The notes under the pieces were generated by a model that was not told where the DNA came from, ran no database searches, and saw only the letters and a program-made list of their open reading frames with translations. Positions 36,877 through 54,800 of a stretch of DNA of 64,000 nucleotides are shown here, piece by piece (position 1 is the first letter of the stretch; each line of letters opens with the position of its first letter). Location of the stretch: positions 11,967,834-12,031,833 of the forward strand of contig CM082579.2 of assembly GCA_040954595.2 (NCBI GenBank), read 5' to 3'. The stretch is from Balanoglossus misakiensis. Its lineage: Eukaryota; Animalia; Hemichordata. Both the position numbers and the translations under genes were made by a program.

Positions 36877-38542
36877 TAGACTAGCCCACTAGTTGCTTGG
36901 TGATTTTTAAATCTCAATACTTTTTGTGTTTTCGGTATTTTTTTTGTCTTAATAAATAATTGCAATACTTTTTGCGTACATGCTTGCCTTGAGCGTGTTT
37001 TTGGTAGTGAAGCGAGTTTCGAATTTGGGACTGAGCTTGTGGTTTCGGGTAGCGTCGACCAAGCGACCTCTATGGGCCAACGCGTTCCCTACACATGAAG
37101 CCCATAGACTTGGAGCAAGTCTAGATGAACTGGTGTAATCAAACATCCTTGTCTTTGAAACGAGTCGTGCTGCGGTGCCAGAACAGCCAATTTTAACCAA
37201 CCAGGTTCTAGAACCTGAGAAAAGGTGCTAAAAGCATGCGATAGATATATTGACGAGATAAACATTGGGAACAATAGGATTAAGGGAGGTGTGACTGGTA
37301 CAACCTGTTCAGTTTAGTGTGGGGAAAAGCTGGAATGAAAACCACTTAGACACATTTTTGCTACGGATAAATAATTCGCAATAATTTTTTTTCATTCAAA
37401 ATGAAAGACTGCATATAATTAACAAGCATATGTCAACTTACACATTCCTTAATTGTATTGTTCTGTGAAAACAAACTGGTAAAACTTAATGATGTAAAGT
37501 GTGAAATATGATATCACCCTGTCCCTGCAGGGTCAATGACCTTTACACGGTGTTCACATCTTGGATGATGAGAAAGCAACCTGGCGTACATACCGTCAAT
37601 GCATTCCACTGTTACGTTCAACTGTAAATCTGAAGACTTTAAACCGCTGTCCAGCATGATGTCGTAACCAGTGGGAATATAAGCGTCATAGTCCATCGGA
37701 ATATATACAATATGATTATGAACTTCTAGTCCTGAGGAAAGCATACCATACAAATTTAACTTTTACAAACGCGAAGAAAGATTTTGATTTATTTGGCCAT
37801 TTTATGATTCTTTTATGTGATATGATTATATTCATATAGTCATTTAGTATATAGGCCCTATGTGAAATGTTTACAGACTTAAAGCCCCAATAGCTACCAT
37901 TATCTCCATGATTTTACTTCCGAATATAGAATGGTTCATTTAAGTGAGTTAAATGGTGGGTATACACAAACGCATTAATTAATCTCTCGTTTTGGCTGTT
38001 CATTTAAATCTGAACAAGTTAAATAATAAACGGGTGCCGCTCCCGGTTATTCAACTGACCCTTTGAATAGTATATAACAATTATGGTTTGCTCACATGGG
38101 TAATGAAATACCTACAAATTCACAATACTGTCGATTAAGAATAATGAGAAGATTGAAGTACTGTATTTAATTAATTAAAAATATGGTAACTGTCTGTAAA
38201 TGTTCGGTTTTAGATTTCCTAAAAATATGGACTAGACACATGTTACACTACAACATACCTTTAAAATCATGACATGCAGCATCGAATCGAATCAGCAAAG
38301 TGTACACGTCAATTATAACCAATATGTATATAATATTCAAAGAAACCTTCATCTTAATCTGGAAGTGAACATATTAAAAACACAGTTTACTCTTGTCAGT
38401 GACTGTACAATGAAAAATATATTCTGCAAAATAACGCCTGTGCCATAAGGTTGATTTTCATGTATTAAATCCAGATATTTTTGTTCTACTTGGTCAGATG
38501 GAATGAAGATATCTGATAAGCTAGGGTTTACACAAGAACTTA

Positions 38543-40561
38543 AGTGATGGCGCTCTTTAGTGTCTCGAATTTCGCCCCTCATGTGGACTTTGAATGGGAC
38601 TCACTGGTGGACTTTGAATGAGACTTGGTGTCCGTCGAACATGTATGTACTGTCAGTATATTGAATAGCGTCGGAATACCTTATTACACGGAGTAACTCA
38701 ACGGGTGATTGGTTTTCAGCTCTAATAACCTGTTTGTAAAGGTTAGTAGATCATAAGTATTAATTTGACATGAGTATGCATCATTCGATACATAACATGT
38801 CGATGAAAGAGATGTTTGGACCGGTATTTAATAGAGTATTGGACAAACATGTATGATACTGATACAAGTGAAACCGTGAAGTCGAGGTACATAAACAGTA
38901 GACGTTTGGGATGGTATATTGGCAGAACGTTTCAAAAGATTATACAAGAATGTGGACATTGTTGAAAATATCGATAATGATTTACTTTAGTGTGAAACCA
39001 AAGTTGATTACCCTAAATCCAAAATGGCGGCCGTCAGGCTATTTTCACTGCGTACTTTCATTGCGTTTCCCTCACGTGATTACCAATCATGTGAGCTATT
39101 TCACACACACAGACATGCAGACACACACACATTTCGCTCGCGAATTAAATATACATTACATAAAAATCGCCGTCATGGAATTCTCCTAGAGAATAGTATC
39201 AAGACACCCTAGTCACAGTCACATGGAGTGACTGTTTAGGTGATTCATTCTGCCCACCCACTTTTGTCCAATTTCAAGGGCCTCAACAACGATGTAAACA
39301 AAAAGACGAACTCATGTCGTCTAATCGATCTTACCGAATATGAGCACTTCACAAGATCTAGTTCTGATACAGTTTATATCTTAGAAATGACCTTGGTCCC
39401 GAGTTTTGCGTTTTTCTCATTTTGGCATTTCGATTACTTGGACATCTCACCGAATATTTATACACACCGTGATATGACCAGTTTTAACACAAAAACACAG
39501 ACTTGAAAGTTACTTTAGTATTTTAATGGGGGACTAGTTGAACATCATTTACAACCGAATGGCTGTCTGTGAAGTGAGCTTGAATTGAAATTTAATCGAC
39601 AGCACGAACTATGAATTAATCGCGCCAAAGATCAGTTCACCAGTTTAATTAGTCAAAAACGAAATGTAAATGCCACACATTTGAAAAAGTGCCACTGGAG
39701 AAATATCAAGTGATGATATAGAGGACAAATTTAGGAAATTGTCAGCAAAATTATGTGTCATGATGTATCAGTTACAATAATATTAAGCCTCGAAGTAACA
39801 TTTTGGCGAAATGGTATAATATCTCGCAGTTCCAGACACAAGGCCGAAGAAAGATATACAGTACAGTACAGTACGGTACAATACGATAAGATAAGATACG
39901 ATACGATACAATTATAATATAATACAATAATAACTAAAATGCAATGAAACGCGGTTGAAAAAGTACCTTTCAGTGAACACACAGAAGCAACGACATGAAA
40001 TAACTTACCAAGGGTGGTGTTCTGAATGGTGAGTAGTTCGGCAAATGGCCACAGCTATAATGTCGCCCTGTTGGGAACATAAATCGATAGCCAAGGGAAA
40101 TGTTCCTCGTAACCGTCGCTTCTTCGTCAAACAATATGGTAAAGTGCGATTAACATACCCGGCTTTAGTGGTGGCGCTCTTTAGTGTTGCGAATTTCGCC
40201 CCACTGGTGGACTTTGAATGAGTCTTGGTGTCCGTCGTACATGTATGTACTGCCAGTATATTGGATAGCGTCGGAATACCTTATTACACTGAGTAACTCA
40301 ACGGGTGATGGTTTTAAGCTCTAATAACCTGTTTGTAAAGGTTAGTAGATCATAAGTATTAGTTTAACATGAGTATGCATCATTCGATACATGACATGTC
40401 GATGAAAGAGATGTTTGGACCGGTATTTAATAGAGTATTGGACAAACATGTATCATATTGATACAAGTGAAACCGTGAAGTCGAGGTACATAAACAGTAG
40501 AGCAGATTGGGATGGTATATTGGCAGAACGTTTCAAAAGAAAATTGTTGAAAATATCGATA
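38543..40561. repeat. Direct duplication of ~400 bp (38543-38976 and 40167-40561)
   Basis: Shared tggcgctctttagtg...taataacctgtttgtaaaggttagtagatc...gttgaaaatatcgata. Confidence 0.85.
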
Positions 40562-41674
40562 TCGGAGATACCCTCCTGTGAAGCACCACGTGACATCAAC
40601 ATCTTTAGCATTCTAGCGTTAGCTGACACCCTATGCGCTAGTGTCACCTGATCGGGCTTAGGGCGTTGCGTGGTCGTACGCATCACTAATTTCGTATCAC
40701 CCTCAGTTATCAGTTAGGTCTCATCGGTAGAATCGAAGGTACCTTTCTTCGTTGTCACATAGTCTGGGGTGAGAAGGGGATTGGTTTTCTGCTCAGGTGT
40801 AGTTTTGTTCTGGGGGGGTCTGCCGATAACAGTTGGTTCCGTGTGTGACACAGTGTACTTCCTTGGCCGATTGGGAGACCCAGGTCGCCAATGTCCCTGT
40901 CGTGCAAGCGCTTCAGCCTTGATTTTGTCGCTACGCTTCATGTGTTAATTTAATGATGGTGTCTTTCGACATACCGGCTGATTCGCACCACTCGACGAAG
41001 GCATAATCACCGCCTTCCATCATTTTTTGTTTTCGCGCCTGTTTTTGTGTGGAACAAGCGGAGCACCTCGTACCCGACCATTTCAATTACAATGAAACAG
41101 TGTTATTGTCCACAATGGAACAACAAAGAAATTATCATTAACAATCATTCGATTCTTAATATGTTTTTCAAAGGGTATAGAGTGTACATTGTAGACATCT
41201 GTAATTGACACAATAGCTTGAAAACATGAATTGATTTATCACCTATGAGTTGTAATCTTATTCATAGTTAACCATGGCAAGGTGTGATTTTACAGGCAAT
41301 TCCATTAAATTGAAACAGATATTATGTGGAAGTAATTAGACCACAATTACCTATAAGTGTGATAATTTACCATAAAGTTAGGGGAAGTGTTCTGTGAAGA
41401 ACTTAAAAAACCTTTAACAACAGACACTGTAAGTATCCCAAAGGTGATGATGATACCGATGTTGTGGTCTTGAGAAATTACATATAAACGTACTCTAGTG
41501 AGCCAGAGTCATGTATCTCCACTCCACGGAGAGAACTGTTGCCGTAAAGAGGTCGTTGTTTACGACGATGTATGAAGTATAATTTGTCCACTGTATGCTA
41601 CATTCGCAATCTTTGACATCACCATAGATTATTTTATTATATTTTGTAATACATTTTTTTAAATTTCAGATAAC

Positions 41675-44773
<3,099 letters not shown>

Positions 44774-46217
44774 GATCAACCTTCTGAGCCAACAGGCAAT
44801 ACTAAATGCAATATAAGCAAACCAAGACATTTACTTTGTCACTGCATTGTCGCGTCAGATTGTTACCTTCCAAAGAAAGGAAATATTAGTGTACAATAAG
44901 TTACTTATGATGCGATGACGTACGGGGAAGTACTTCTGGTTGTTTTCTGGTGGATATCTCCGCGCCTGGGTAAAGCCCTGCTGTTGCAATATGTATATTT
45001 TTCTGTACATAATTTCTGTACATCCGGGCATGTATTATATAGTGAAGATGAATGAATGAATACAATTGTCAATACCTTCTTTGAAAAGTAACCGCTGAGA
45101 CATTTCTGACAATTCGTTGATATCATAAACTTAAGCCCCCGCTGGTGCTTGGAAGATGGTAACATTTGCGATCCGTGGGCATTTTCGTAATTGTTATTGG
45201 CTGAAATTTTCTTACGAATACAAATACTATTTGTCAATTTGTTCTAATCATGTAATGTTTAAGATTTTATCATTGTTGAACACAGTACTAGCTGAATTTA
45301 TATCATTGTCAGATGAATTATCTTTTTCAGAGCGAGTGTCGAGTTTAAAATTGTCGATTCGGAATCTGTATGAATACAATTGCCAATACTTTCTTTGACA
45401 CTTTCCAGACTTGTAATACTTTTCGTATGACTGCGGTATATTTGCGATGGCACCACATGCCAAATTGATAGCATAAGAAATTATTTCAGAACTGCAACAT
45501 TCTCAGAGATTTCCTCAGATTATGAGTTTTTGAAAAGAAATACGACTGGCAGCACACGATATACCAAATATCAAACACCATGCAATCGTGGGCTAACAAT
45601 AGTATTTACAAAGGTGTGTTTAAGGTCCAAAGTTCGTCACTGCATTAAAGCTATACCGTCACCCCCAATTTACATTTGTCCATACACGACTGAAATGGCG
45701 TATCTAAGTGTTATAAAGAACTTAAGCGCTCTTTTTTCGCGTATGCCACCCACTGCAAATCTGTGATTTGCCTTTGTAACTGTGGCTAAATGTGCTTAGG
45801 TGACTGTATACCTTTAAGCTCAAATTTTTAAAAAGAAAACTTGTAGGATTTACACAGACAGCGTGTTATTATTTTTCTGAGAAAAGTGGAAAGACCGTAG
45901 GTAGATGAAGGCCAGTGTCGTTGTGAAATACAGATGTTTTTATTATTAGTTAAGATAATAAGTAATTATTAGATATGGGAAAATGCTAATAAGAATAAAT
46001 TATATAGAGCAGATTGCATTTTTTGTTTTTATTTATGTTTTTATTGAAAAAAGACCAACAACAGTATCTAATGTGTCAATAATTAGCTCGCACACGTCGT
46101 ATAGACTCGCTCTTGTGGGCGTTTTTTTTCATACCCAATAGTCAAAGTAATGTCGAAATGTCAAAATGAAAACAAGCTATTTGTTTTATATGTTTGTCCG
46201 TCCTGGTTGCCATGGAA

Positions 46218-47185
46218 TCAAAGCGCATCTTCTCCCTCTTCCTCGTTTTCCTCACCTTCCGGAGAATGGCTCTTTTCGATGATGCATGTCGGCGTTAACG
46301 TTCTGTCAGTTGAGAAACTCGATATGTTTGATTCTCCAGTTAGTGCGCCCTCTTCCGAAAATGCTGAGCCTCCACTTCCTTGGCATTTTGTCTTCGATAG
46401 GAATTTCTGCAGGCGGGGAAGTGAAAAGGTACGTTGAAGGTCACTATACGATGGTCAAGGGGTCAATCTCAAGACATACAGTTTTGAAATACCGTTCTTC
46501 TATCCACGCTAAAATTATCACGGAGAAAGTATTTCATTCCGGTTTTCTTCTAACAAATCGGGAAAGGTCGGTCTTTCCTCTGGTTTCTCTCGCCAACACT
46601 TCCTCATCAGATCGTACCTATATTGTACCTGTACATTGTACACCGAGAAAATGTATCAACGACAACTTAACTTTCTCAAAAAATATTACCGCTCAAGGTA
46701 TTCGCCAATGTAAAATGCAGTTAGAAAATGCAAGCTACATAGTACAGAAATTTTCTTAAAACTTATAAATACAAAAGTGGCGCTAACAAATCACAAATTG
46801 GATCTGAAGTCACATCATACACGGTACGGAAAACTACTCACATTTCCACGGGGCATCCCTCTGGTATTTCCATTGGGTACTCGCTTTTCAACAAAGCGAT
46901 GGTTTCAGCCGCCGACATGCTGGGATGCGGCGTGGCACCCTTTGTAGACAACACCATGATGTCCCCGTCCAAGTTCCTTCTTTGAGAGTGAGACGGTGTC
47001 TGGGAAATTCTTGCTCCGCAATCAAACGGTCGTGTACCGTAACTCGTTCTCTGTTGGAAAGGTAACTTAAGAAAAATACAAACAATTTTCTTAAGAGCAT
47101 ACCGATTGGCTACAACTATAGAACGATGCTGGGCAGTCTTTGTCGTCTTGTGTAGGAATTGCTTTACTGTACCAGTGACAATTAC
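46218..47185 (-). pseudogene. Receptor tyrosine kinase pseudogene with internal deletion and frameshifts
   Basis: Exon-like blocks 47185-47103; 47050-46842 (EFPRHRLTLKE / ELGRGHHGVVYKG fused to ATPHPSMSAAETIALLKSEYPMEIPEGCPVEM); 46617-46493 (YDLMRKCWREKPEERPTF, then frameshift/stop at 46520-46518); 46406-46218 (acidic tail, TGA). Confidence 0.82.
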
Positions 47186-48852
47186 CTGCAAGATCGAAAA
47201 CTGTTAGGTACTCTCTCTAGGTAGAAAACTGAATCTCCATGAAGGGTCAATTCTTAAATTTACATGGACATGACCGTGGTCGTTCTGAAGTAAACAAAAC
47301 TTTGCCTAACAGAATAAACAGTTTGTGTGAAAATATAAGATCTTCAGCTGTTCGAGATGCTGTTTGCAAAAGCAAAAATGACATTAATATGGAATCAATC
47401 CAAACGGACGCGCAGCAGTTCAATTGCATTTACATTCACCCAGAGCTACTGCTAACTGTCTTGTCGGGATGGGAAAAATCAGTTCAGCTATATATCGTTC
47501 ACTCAGAACAAATTGAGTCATTCAAAGAAAACGCCTATCTTCTTTATTTGTCGGAACAGCATAATCATTTCGTTTGAGTACACAATAAAGGGGGTCCGGG
47601 TGCTGAGGACGAGCGAGACTAACACAGCGCCTCCAACGGCTTAAATAACGTACGTTGGTGTACATCCCACCGCTGGCTGAGCTACGCTAAAAGCCAGGTG
47701 GGATTGGGGCTCGAGATTGGGGCAGGGAACCAGACTACCCAGTATGCGCATTCCAGACAATACATTCGTTAGCATTTGGTTATACATGTAAATAAACAAG
47801 TGGTACCTTGAATAGTCGTTGTTGCGGGCGCTTCATCAGTCAACTGTGTATGCTTGTAAACTATCCACGTTGATAACTCCTTGGAAATATCCGAACACGT
47901 AAACCTATGCAAGAATGATAGTGTACAGGAGCATCCTTGAGATGTATTTCATTCTACGTTTAAAACATACATAAGGGAAGCTGATATTAGGGGAGTAAGA
48001 GGAATTTCAGTGCCTATGATGGCACATTTCAATCGCTCGCTCGTGGATAGGGTGTTTTTAGAGCCATGAAGGTGGCCGATGAGCCTGGATCAGGGGCATT
48101 GATTCCATCCTTCCATAATAATAAGACGGGAGTGACGTTGGGCGACCTAGGTCTTTTGTCACGATTATACTTTTCTTTTACAGTTAATGACAACATCGAC
48201 AACATGTCCTACGCGCAATACGTCTGGCAATCAATTTGCGCAAGCGTGCGTTGTTATTGGCAACGGCTAGGCAAAGACGAGACTATTATAAGCGTAGGGG
48301 TGTAACTCTGATGCAGCGTTTTTGTGTAAGATTAAAAGTAGCACAACGCATAGATTTGCTGAACTAGAATCACTCAGATCAATGAATTTATTGTCAGGAT
48401 CAATATGTAAGGTACAAACCCACATTTCAACATATTTCTATTGGAATACCAAATGCGTTGTGAAGGCAAATGTTTCACAATATACCTTCCAAATAAGTTA
48501 ACCCCACCGGAACCAGTGTTGTAAAGGACGGCGAGTGACTTAGAGGATTTGAAACTGTGATACATCTACTCCCCTAATTTAGTCCACGGAATACGACAGC
48601 TTAGCTAATAGTGACACAAGCAACAAGGGACCTGGCTAGCCATGAATGGCTGAACCTCGGAGTATATTTGCTGTGACGCGGAGCATGCTGTCTCTGCCAA
48701 GTTTCGACTCGGTGTCGGGAGCTGCAGCGATCAGTGACACACTTTGTTGTACACATATGTAGTGTAGAGAAACGTCGAGCGAGCTAGCCGAATCATTACG
48801 CGTTAACGGGATCGTATTACAAGTTGCTGTGGACCAGAGACCTATTAACAAG

Positions 48853-51800
48853 ATGCTTGGAATAACGTCAACTAGAAATGAACTTGATCGGTCGTTGAGT
48901 TTACTGAAACGATCACGGGTAAGTAATAAGTGCTTTGTGAACTTGAAGATGTTGTGTTGTTATTGATGGCTGCGCCCCCAACCTCAGCCGGTAATATTAC
49001 ATGTATACACACAGCCCAGCCATGCAGTTTTGTATGTGATCACCATGCATGAAAGTGTTGTTGACTTGTTTATCAGTTTGGCACGCCGTGGTCCCCACAC
49101 TAACAGTATATCCTGTACGTCCATGGGAACACATGAGCGAGGGATAAATTTATGTGATTCAACGTTATCTGGATAATAATATAGGCCCAGAGTTTCTGTC
49201 TGATTAGATTACACAGCTCAAGGCTGCTGTCTTTCGTGATTGGTGCCTGCGGGAACATGTTTACAGCTGATACCCTTGCAAATATCAGCGTACATTTAAT
49301 TAATTAATCAATCAATCAATCAATCAATTAATCAGTTTTTTTTTCTCACATAGCTTGAAAGAAACGACAGAAACTACTATACACCACATAACTTTATTTT
49401 TAAATACCCGTACATGTGATGTGAAAATAATGCAATCACACCCGGATTTTGTAGTTTGAATTAGTAGTACATGTACAACAGTGGAAATTTTCAACAGGGA
49501 CTGGAGACACAATAACCTTCTTTCCACTGCCAGCTTCAAGTTGACTAGTGACTTTTGAAAGATTGACAAAGAGTGAGCAAAATATATCAGTATGAACTTT
49601 TGTGCAGTGGTATGAATTGTGAGTTTGTGACAATTCTTAATTTTGAGAAACCACTTTACCTTTTGCTTTATCTGATGCCCACCATAAGATTTCATTCTGA
49701 CTAAAGACTTACTGCACTGGCAATACACAATATATACATAATGTGTACAGTGATCTACACACATTTTTGTAAATGTATTTGTAAATGTCAATTTCTGTCC
49801 TAAAATTTTCTAATATGGCCTCCAGGCCAGAGTTACATACATGTATCTGTCTAAACATTCTTCAACTAATTTCATTCAAACAAAGTAATAGAATTAACTA
49901 CATGTATTCTTATCCAATACTGGTTGCATACTACCAACTTGTACATTTGAATAGTATGTACCATTTAATCCAGTAATTTGTTAATGATATTTTTTTTCTT
50001 GCAGTTAATGAGACATTCAGAATACAAACACATGTTTGATTTGATGTACAAGTACAACCATGATTCTAATCTGTCAGCATTAGTTGGGAAGGACCAACAA
50101 CAACTTGATCAGCAAGTTCAAGACAGTCAATTCTTCAAAATTTTGGCCAGGATGTTGATGGAAGTTACTGCGTAAGTTACTCAATTTCTTGTATTGTCTG
50201 TATCTGAGAGAGCTTTTGTAAATAGCAATTTTGTAAACTACATGTACATGTACTACCAACTGAGAAGAAAATACCAAATCAGGCTGTTGCTTAAATGTTT
50301 AATTTTTATGATTTTCATTTAAACCATTCTATGCTCTGCCCCCCCCCCCCCCCATTCTCTTATCCCAGATGCGACACTGTCGTGTGTGTGTGTGTGTGTA
50401 CGGTCCAAGTTTTGCACTGAAAATGTTTTTAAAATCTAAGTTACTATGTATGTGTCATTGTATTTAGCAAGATCACCAATGTATCACAAGTTTTCTGTGT
50501 GTTGTCACTGGGTGTTTCCCAGCCCTGCGTGGCATGCAGGGCTGTGTCTTACAGCTACATGTATGTCTGGAGGCATTGCCGGCCATAAGACACACAGCCC
50601 TGCCATGCCACACAGAGCTAGCCCTTTCTATTCTCCGAGTTTTTTTGTCTTCTTCAAAAGCATCAACAGTTCAATAAAATTATTTGGTATAACTATTTTC
50701 CAAGGCATTGGTCCTGGAACCCACTACCTTTTATTTAAAAGTTTTGCTTTCAAACAAGTAAATGTAAATATTGGGAAAACTTACAGTACAATGTAAGCCA
50801 ATGTTTGTAATCCCGATTGCCATTTTGAAATCCCAGGGAATTTCAGGAAAATCCTGAAAATTGCAGCTGAACTAGCTACTCTCTTGCGCAGCTAAATTAT
50901 CCAGATTTTGCTGCTTTGCTGTCGTTTTTTCCATCTCGACAATATAAATTCTGCGCTTTGCTAATATTTCTTACCTAGGCCCGATAGAGAATAGGAGGAC
51001 TGTCTATATAATGGCTCTAAGAATTATATAGTAGCACTGCCTGAATGATTATGTTTGGTGTTTTCTCTTTCAGAATCAAAAACACAATAAAACAGAGAGA
51101 AGATCTGAAAAAGGTTTACAGATGGTACATAGCAAATAGAAGTGTTCTCCACTGTCTCCCTGTAAGTTTTACATACTTTCTATATTTCAAAATAAACTGA
51201 AAGATTTTCAGGTACATTTAGATTGTAGCATGATATAGCTGCATCGTAGTTATTAATGATGATTTCATTTGTGAGACTGAATTTGTTCTGTAACACATGA
51301 GAATGCCCTCCCATAGAAACTGCCTAGCCACAAGAGATCTTGCAGGGCCCCATAGAGTTCAGAAATTGGTCTATAAACCTGGTAATGACAGGTTTCACTG
51401 TTATGGTATTGTATGTCCTTTACAGTATTTTGGTCAAGCCAAGCCAACGACTGGTTCCCAACAAACCGTCCTAAGATTTGCACCAGATGTCATTGCACAC
51501 TATTCATCACCACGGAAACCATCACCTAGACGAGGCAGACAGGAAAATGTACGTGAAAATCACATCAATGAAAACCAAAGAGAAACCTTAGCTGAGAAAC
51601 TACATGGCACCGCCGCCACCAATACAAGCGACAGACAAGTTGAAGAAAGTAAGCAATTCGTGTCAGCGCCCTCTGTTCAATCACCAAGAAAAACACAATT
51701 GAAAAGACCAATGACTGCACCACCCACTCTCTACAGTAGACAGGTAAGCAATTGGACTGTTGCTACATGTTATGTAAAAGCCAAACGAAAAGTCGGCCAT

Positions 51801-54800
51801 GATTGTTTAAGCTTGTACTACAAATTCAAAGATTGTACTGGTTCACAAAACTGTTTGTGCATGATGTTGGGTTAGATTTGCTGAAAATTATACTCTCTGT
51901 GAATTGCATGCGAGAGAAACACTAATATCTCATCACTATTCAGCTCCAGTCAATAAAGCCTGTACAAATTCACCCATAGCCATGTTCATGACCCATACAT
52001 TTATACGTCCCTGTACTTTTGTGGCATGGAAATTCACTTGGTTGAATGTAATGTGTTAGCATTTGTAAATGTGAGCAGCACATAAACAGTTGTTTGGCCA
52101 GCCTGTAGTACAGGTAAGATCTTGTCAACAGTCCTTTACCCCTGCCATCTTGTATTTTGCTATGTATGTTTTGACCGTCTATTAAAGTCTATAGTATTAC
52201 AGTGCCAGTGATGCTATGTAAAAAAATGTTAAAATAAAGATGCCACCTTTTCACATAATAAAATTCCAGTTAAGGTTATCAAATTTAATTATAACTTTTC
52301 TTTTCTACAGAAAAGTTTTGGAAAAATTGATGATGGGAATTTTCAGAAGTCAAGCTTTACAGGCCAATATGTGGTGAAGAAATTAATGGAAACTGAGAAG
52401 AGACCAGCTAGTGCCATGGGTGTGATGAGAATGACTTCTAAATCCCCGTACAGTGATGAAACTAAGGTAAGTAGTGTTAATGCTAAGTCTCCAATAACCT
52501 TTATGAGCAGCTTCACTATTCTTCGATATCAAATGACATTTGACGCATTCAGGTGCAGATACGTTGAAATTTCCAGCTGATGGGCAATTTCAGCAACCTG
52601 GTGCAGGCAACGATTGTGCAGACGAAACGTCTAGATGCTGATGAGGCATTATGCCTGATACATTCCTGGCGATTCTTAAAGCCCCAGTATTTCTCGTGTG
52701 CATCCATTTTTCATCATCGAAAAAAGCCCGTTTTTCCAGTACATCCATCATGGAATACTATATAATGAAGATGTAAGAAAGGTTTGGGCAATTGTAGCTA
52801 CATGCAAGCCGAAAATATCGCCCGTAACACTTGAAATGATGCGCGGGTTTGTTTACAACGGAAATGTTGTACATGTCGATCAGCAAACGTGCCACTTTGA
52901 CATTTTGATGGTCAGACCCTTTTCGGATTTGATCTGGTTCCATCGACTGATTTCTCCCATAAAGTTATCTTCCCAAAATTTCGCCGAATTAGTGCGCATT
53001 TCTTCGCTGAGTCGCTTGATTTGGGGCGACCAAACCTCTTCCGCATAGATTCACATTTGAGTGCGCATGCGCACTAGTCACGTGTGTCAACATTAGCCTG
53101 ACTCACGTGACTTTCTGTCCGGACAGAAAGTCATTCTTCACTCGTTATATTGTAAATTGTATGAGTTTATCAGCAGAGCTGGGGATGATGACTGTTCGAT
53201 TCAGTATCAATTATCATCTACTTTTAGAAATTATAGATGCCGTTTCAAACAAAATTTTGCCCCTACGAGAAATACTGTGGCTTTAAGTATCAATATACTC
53301 GGAATTTTTTTACTGGATGCCGAAATATTATTTGCCTGTCACCTGGAAATAACAATGCTGTGGATCACATGGCCAGATCACATGGATCTGTTTGTTGTTT
53401 ACACCATACACCACAGAACGTATAATGCCAGCCAAACAAGCTAATTATTTTCAGTTTTCGTTCCTCTTATCTTTGTACATAACAACTTTTAATGTTTCTT
53501 AACTTTGCTCTCGTCTGAACTTTTCAGGTTGACATCTTTCGGATGGAAGATGAGGGAGAGCGTCCGGGAACGGCAACCTCCACTGTGTCCTCTGTCTCCA
53601 TCCGATTACCGTCCGCTGGGGACACTATACTCACAAGTCCCAGACGATCTCAAGTTGTACCCAAGGGAATGACTGTAGCAGAGGTCATTAACCCCACTGC
53701 TCAAATTTCTCTGGATGAGGACTATGACACCACTGGTTCTGTACCAGATACAAGGTCAATGTCGCCAGTCAGAATGGTGCATGTCAGTGTTCCTACAGGT
53801 TTGTTAATTAAGAATTACTGTTACTGTAAAACAGGTTATTTTTGCGAGCAATAAATTTTCGCGAAATACGTGAGAGCCAAAAAATATGAAAGTGGCGTAA
53901 AATGTTTTTCAGAGATAAAGATGCAGTTAGTGAAATAGGAGAACGTGAAAATAAATCGTCACATTTATACAGGAACATCTTTTGAAATTACGAAAATTTC
54001 CTGTTGCGAAAATAACCCGTTTTACAGTACTTTGTCACATTGTAGAGTAGTGTGAGACAGGTTTGCTCATGATATGCAAGCCTTGTTATCAACCAACAGT
54101 GTTTGCGCTGCTGCTCACCAGAGAGCAAACTAATTCACTGATTGGCTAACCAGATCAAGGTAACACTTTCCAGACTGGCGAGTAGGAATTCGGTCAAGAT
54201 ATTATGATGTCCACTTCAGGCCACAGCCCTTGGCATGACATCACATATCTATCAATATGTCTGTTGCTGCATCGTGCAAACCACCAGGACAACCTGATAT
54301 AAAATACAGTCCCACAGATACCATTCCTATGAGTTTGGAAAATATGAGTTACCATGATTTCAGACCCAGTCATTGAATTTGATTTGACATTATCATTTTG
54401 GAGTTCAGACTCGATCGGGATATTATCTTTCCTGTTGATAATGTAACATAGTATTTGGGATTATAGGAGCATAAGTGGCTAGATTTAAAGCGACAAAGTC
54501 TCTCTCTCGCTGCCCTTTTTTCATTATGTTTGATACAAGACAACGTTTATGTTAATGTACATATGTGTATATGTAGTGAATGAACGTTCAACCACACACA
54601 ACTTCCATCCCACCTGTAGACATAAGAGTGAAAAACTCACCAAAATGAATAGTCAGTCTTTACCGTTTATTCATTTTGGCAAGATTTTTACTCTCATATC
54701 CTACAAACAGGATGGAAGTTGTGTGTGGTTGAACGTTGATTCACTACATATACACATGTACATTAACACACATTTGTAAACAGTGTCTTGTATCAAACAT

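Noticed and set aside
40714-40941. 75-aa basic ORF, possibly the start of a transposon gene
   Set aside because: No recognisable domain, element ends or TSD could be defined.
44905-45463. Cys-containing ORFs with a ~30-nt internal repeat (45058/45372)
   Set aside because: Stops and frame breaks, no consistent splice sites, no family recognised.
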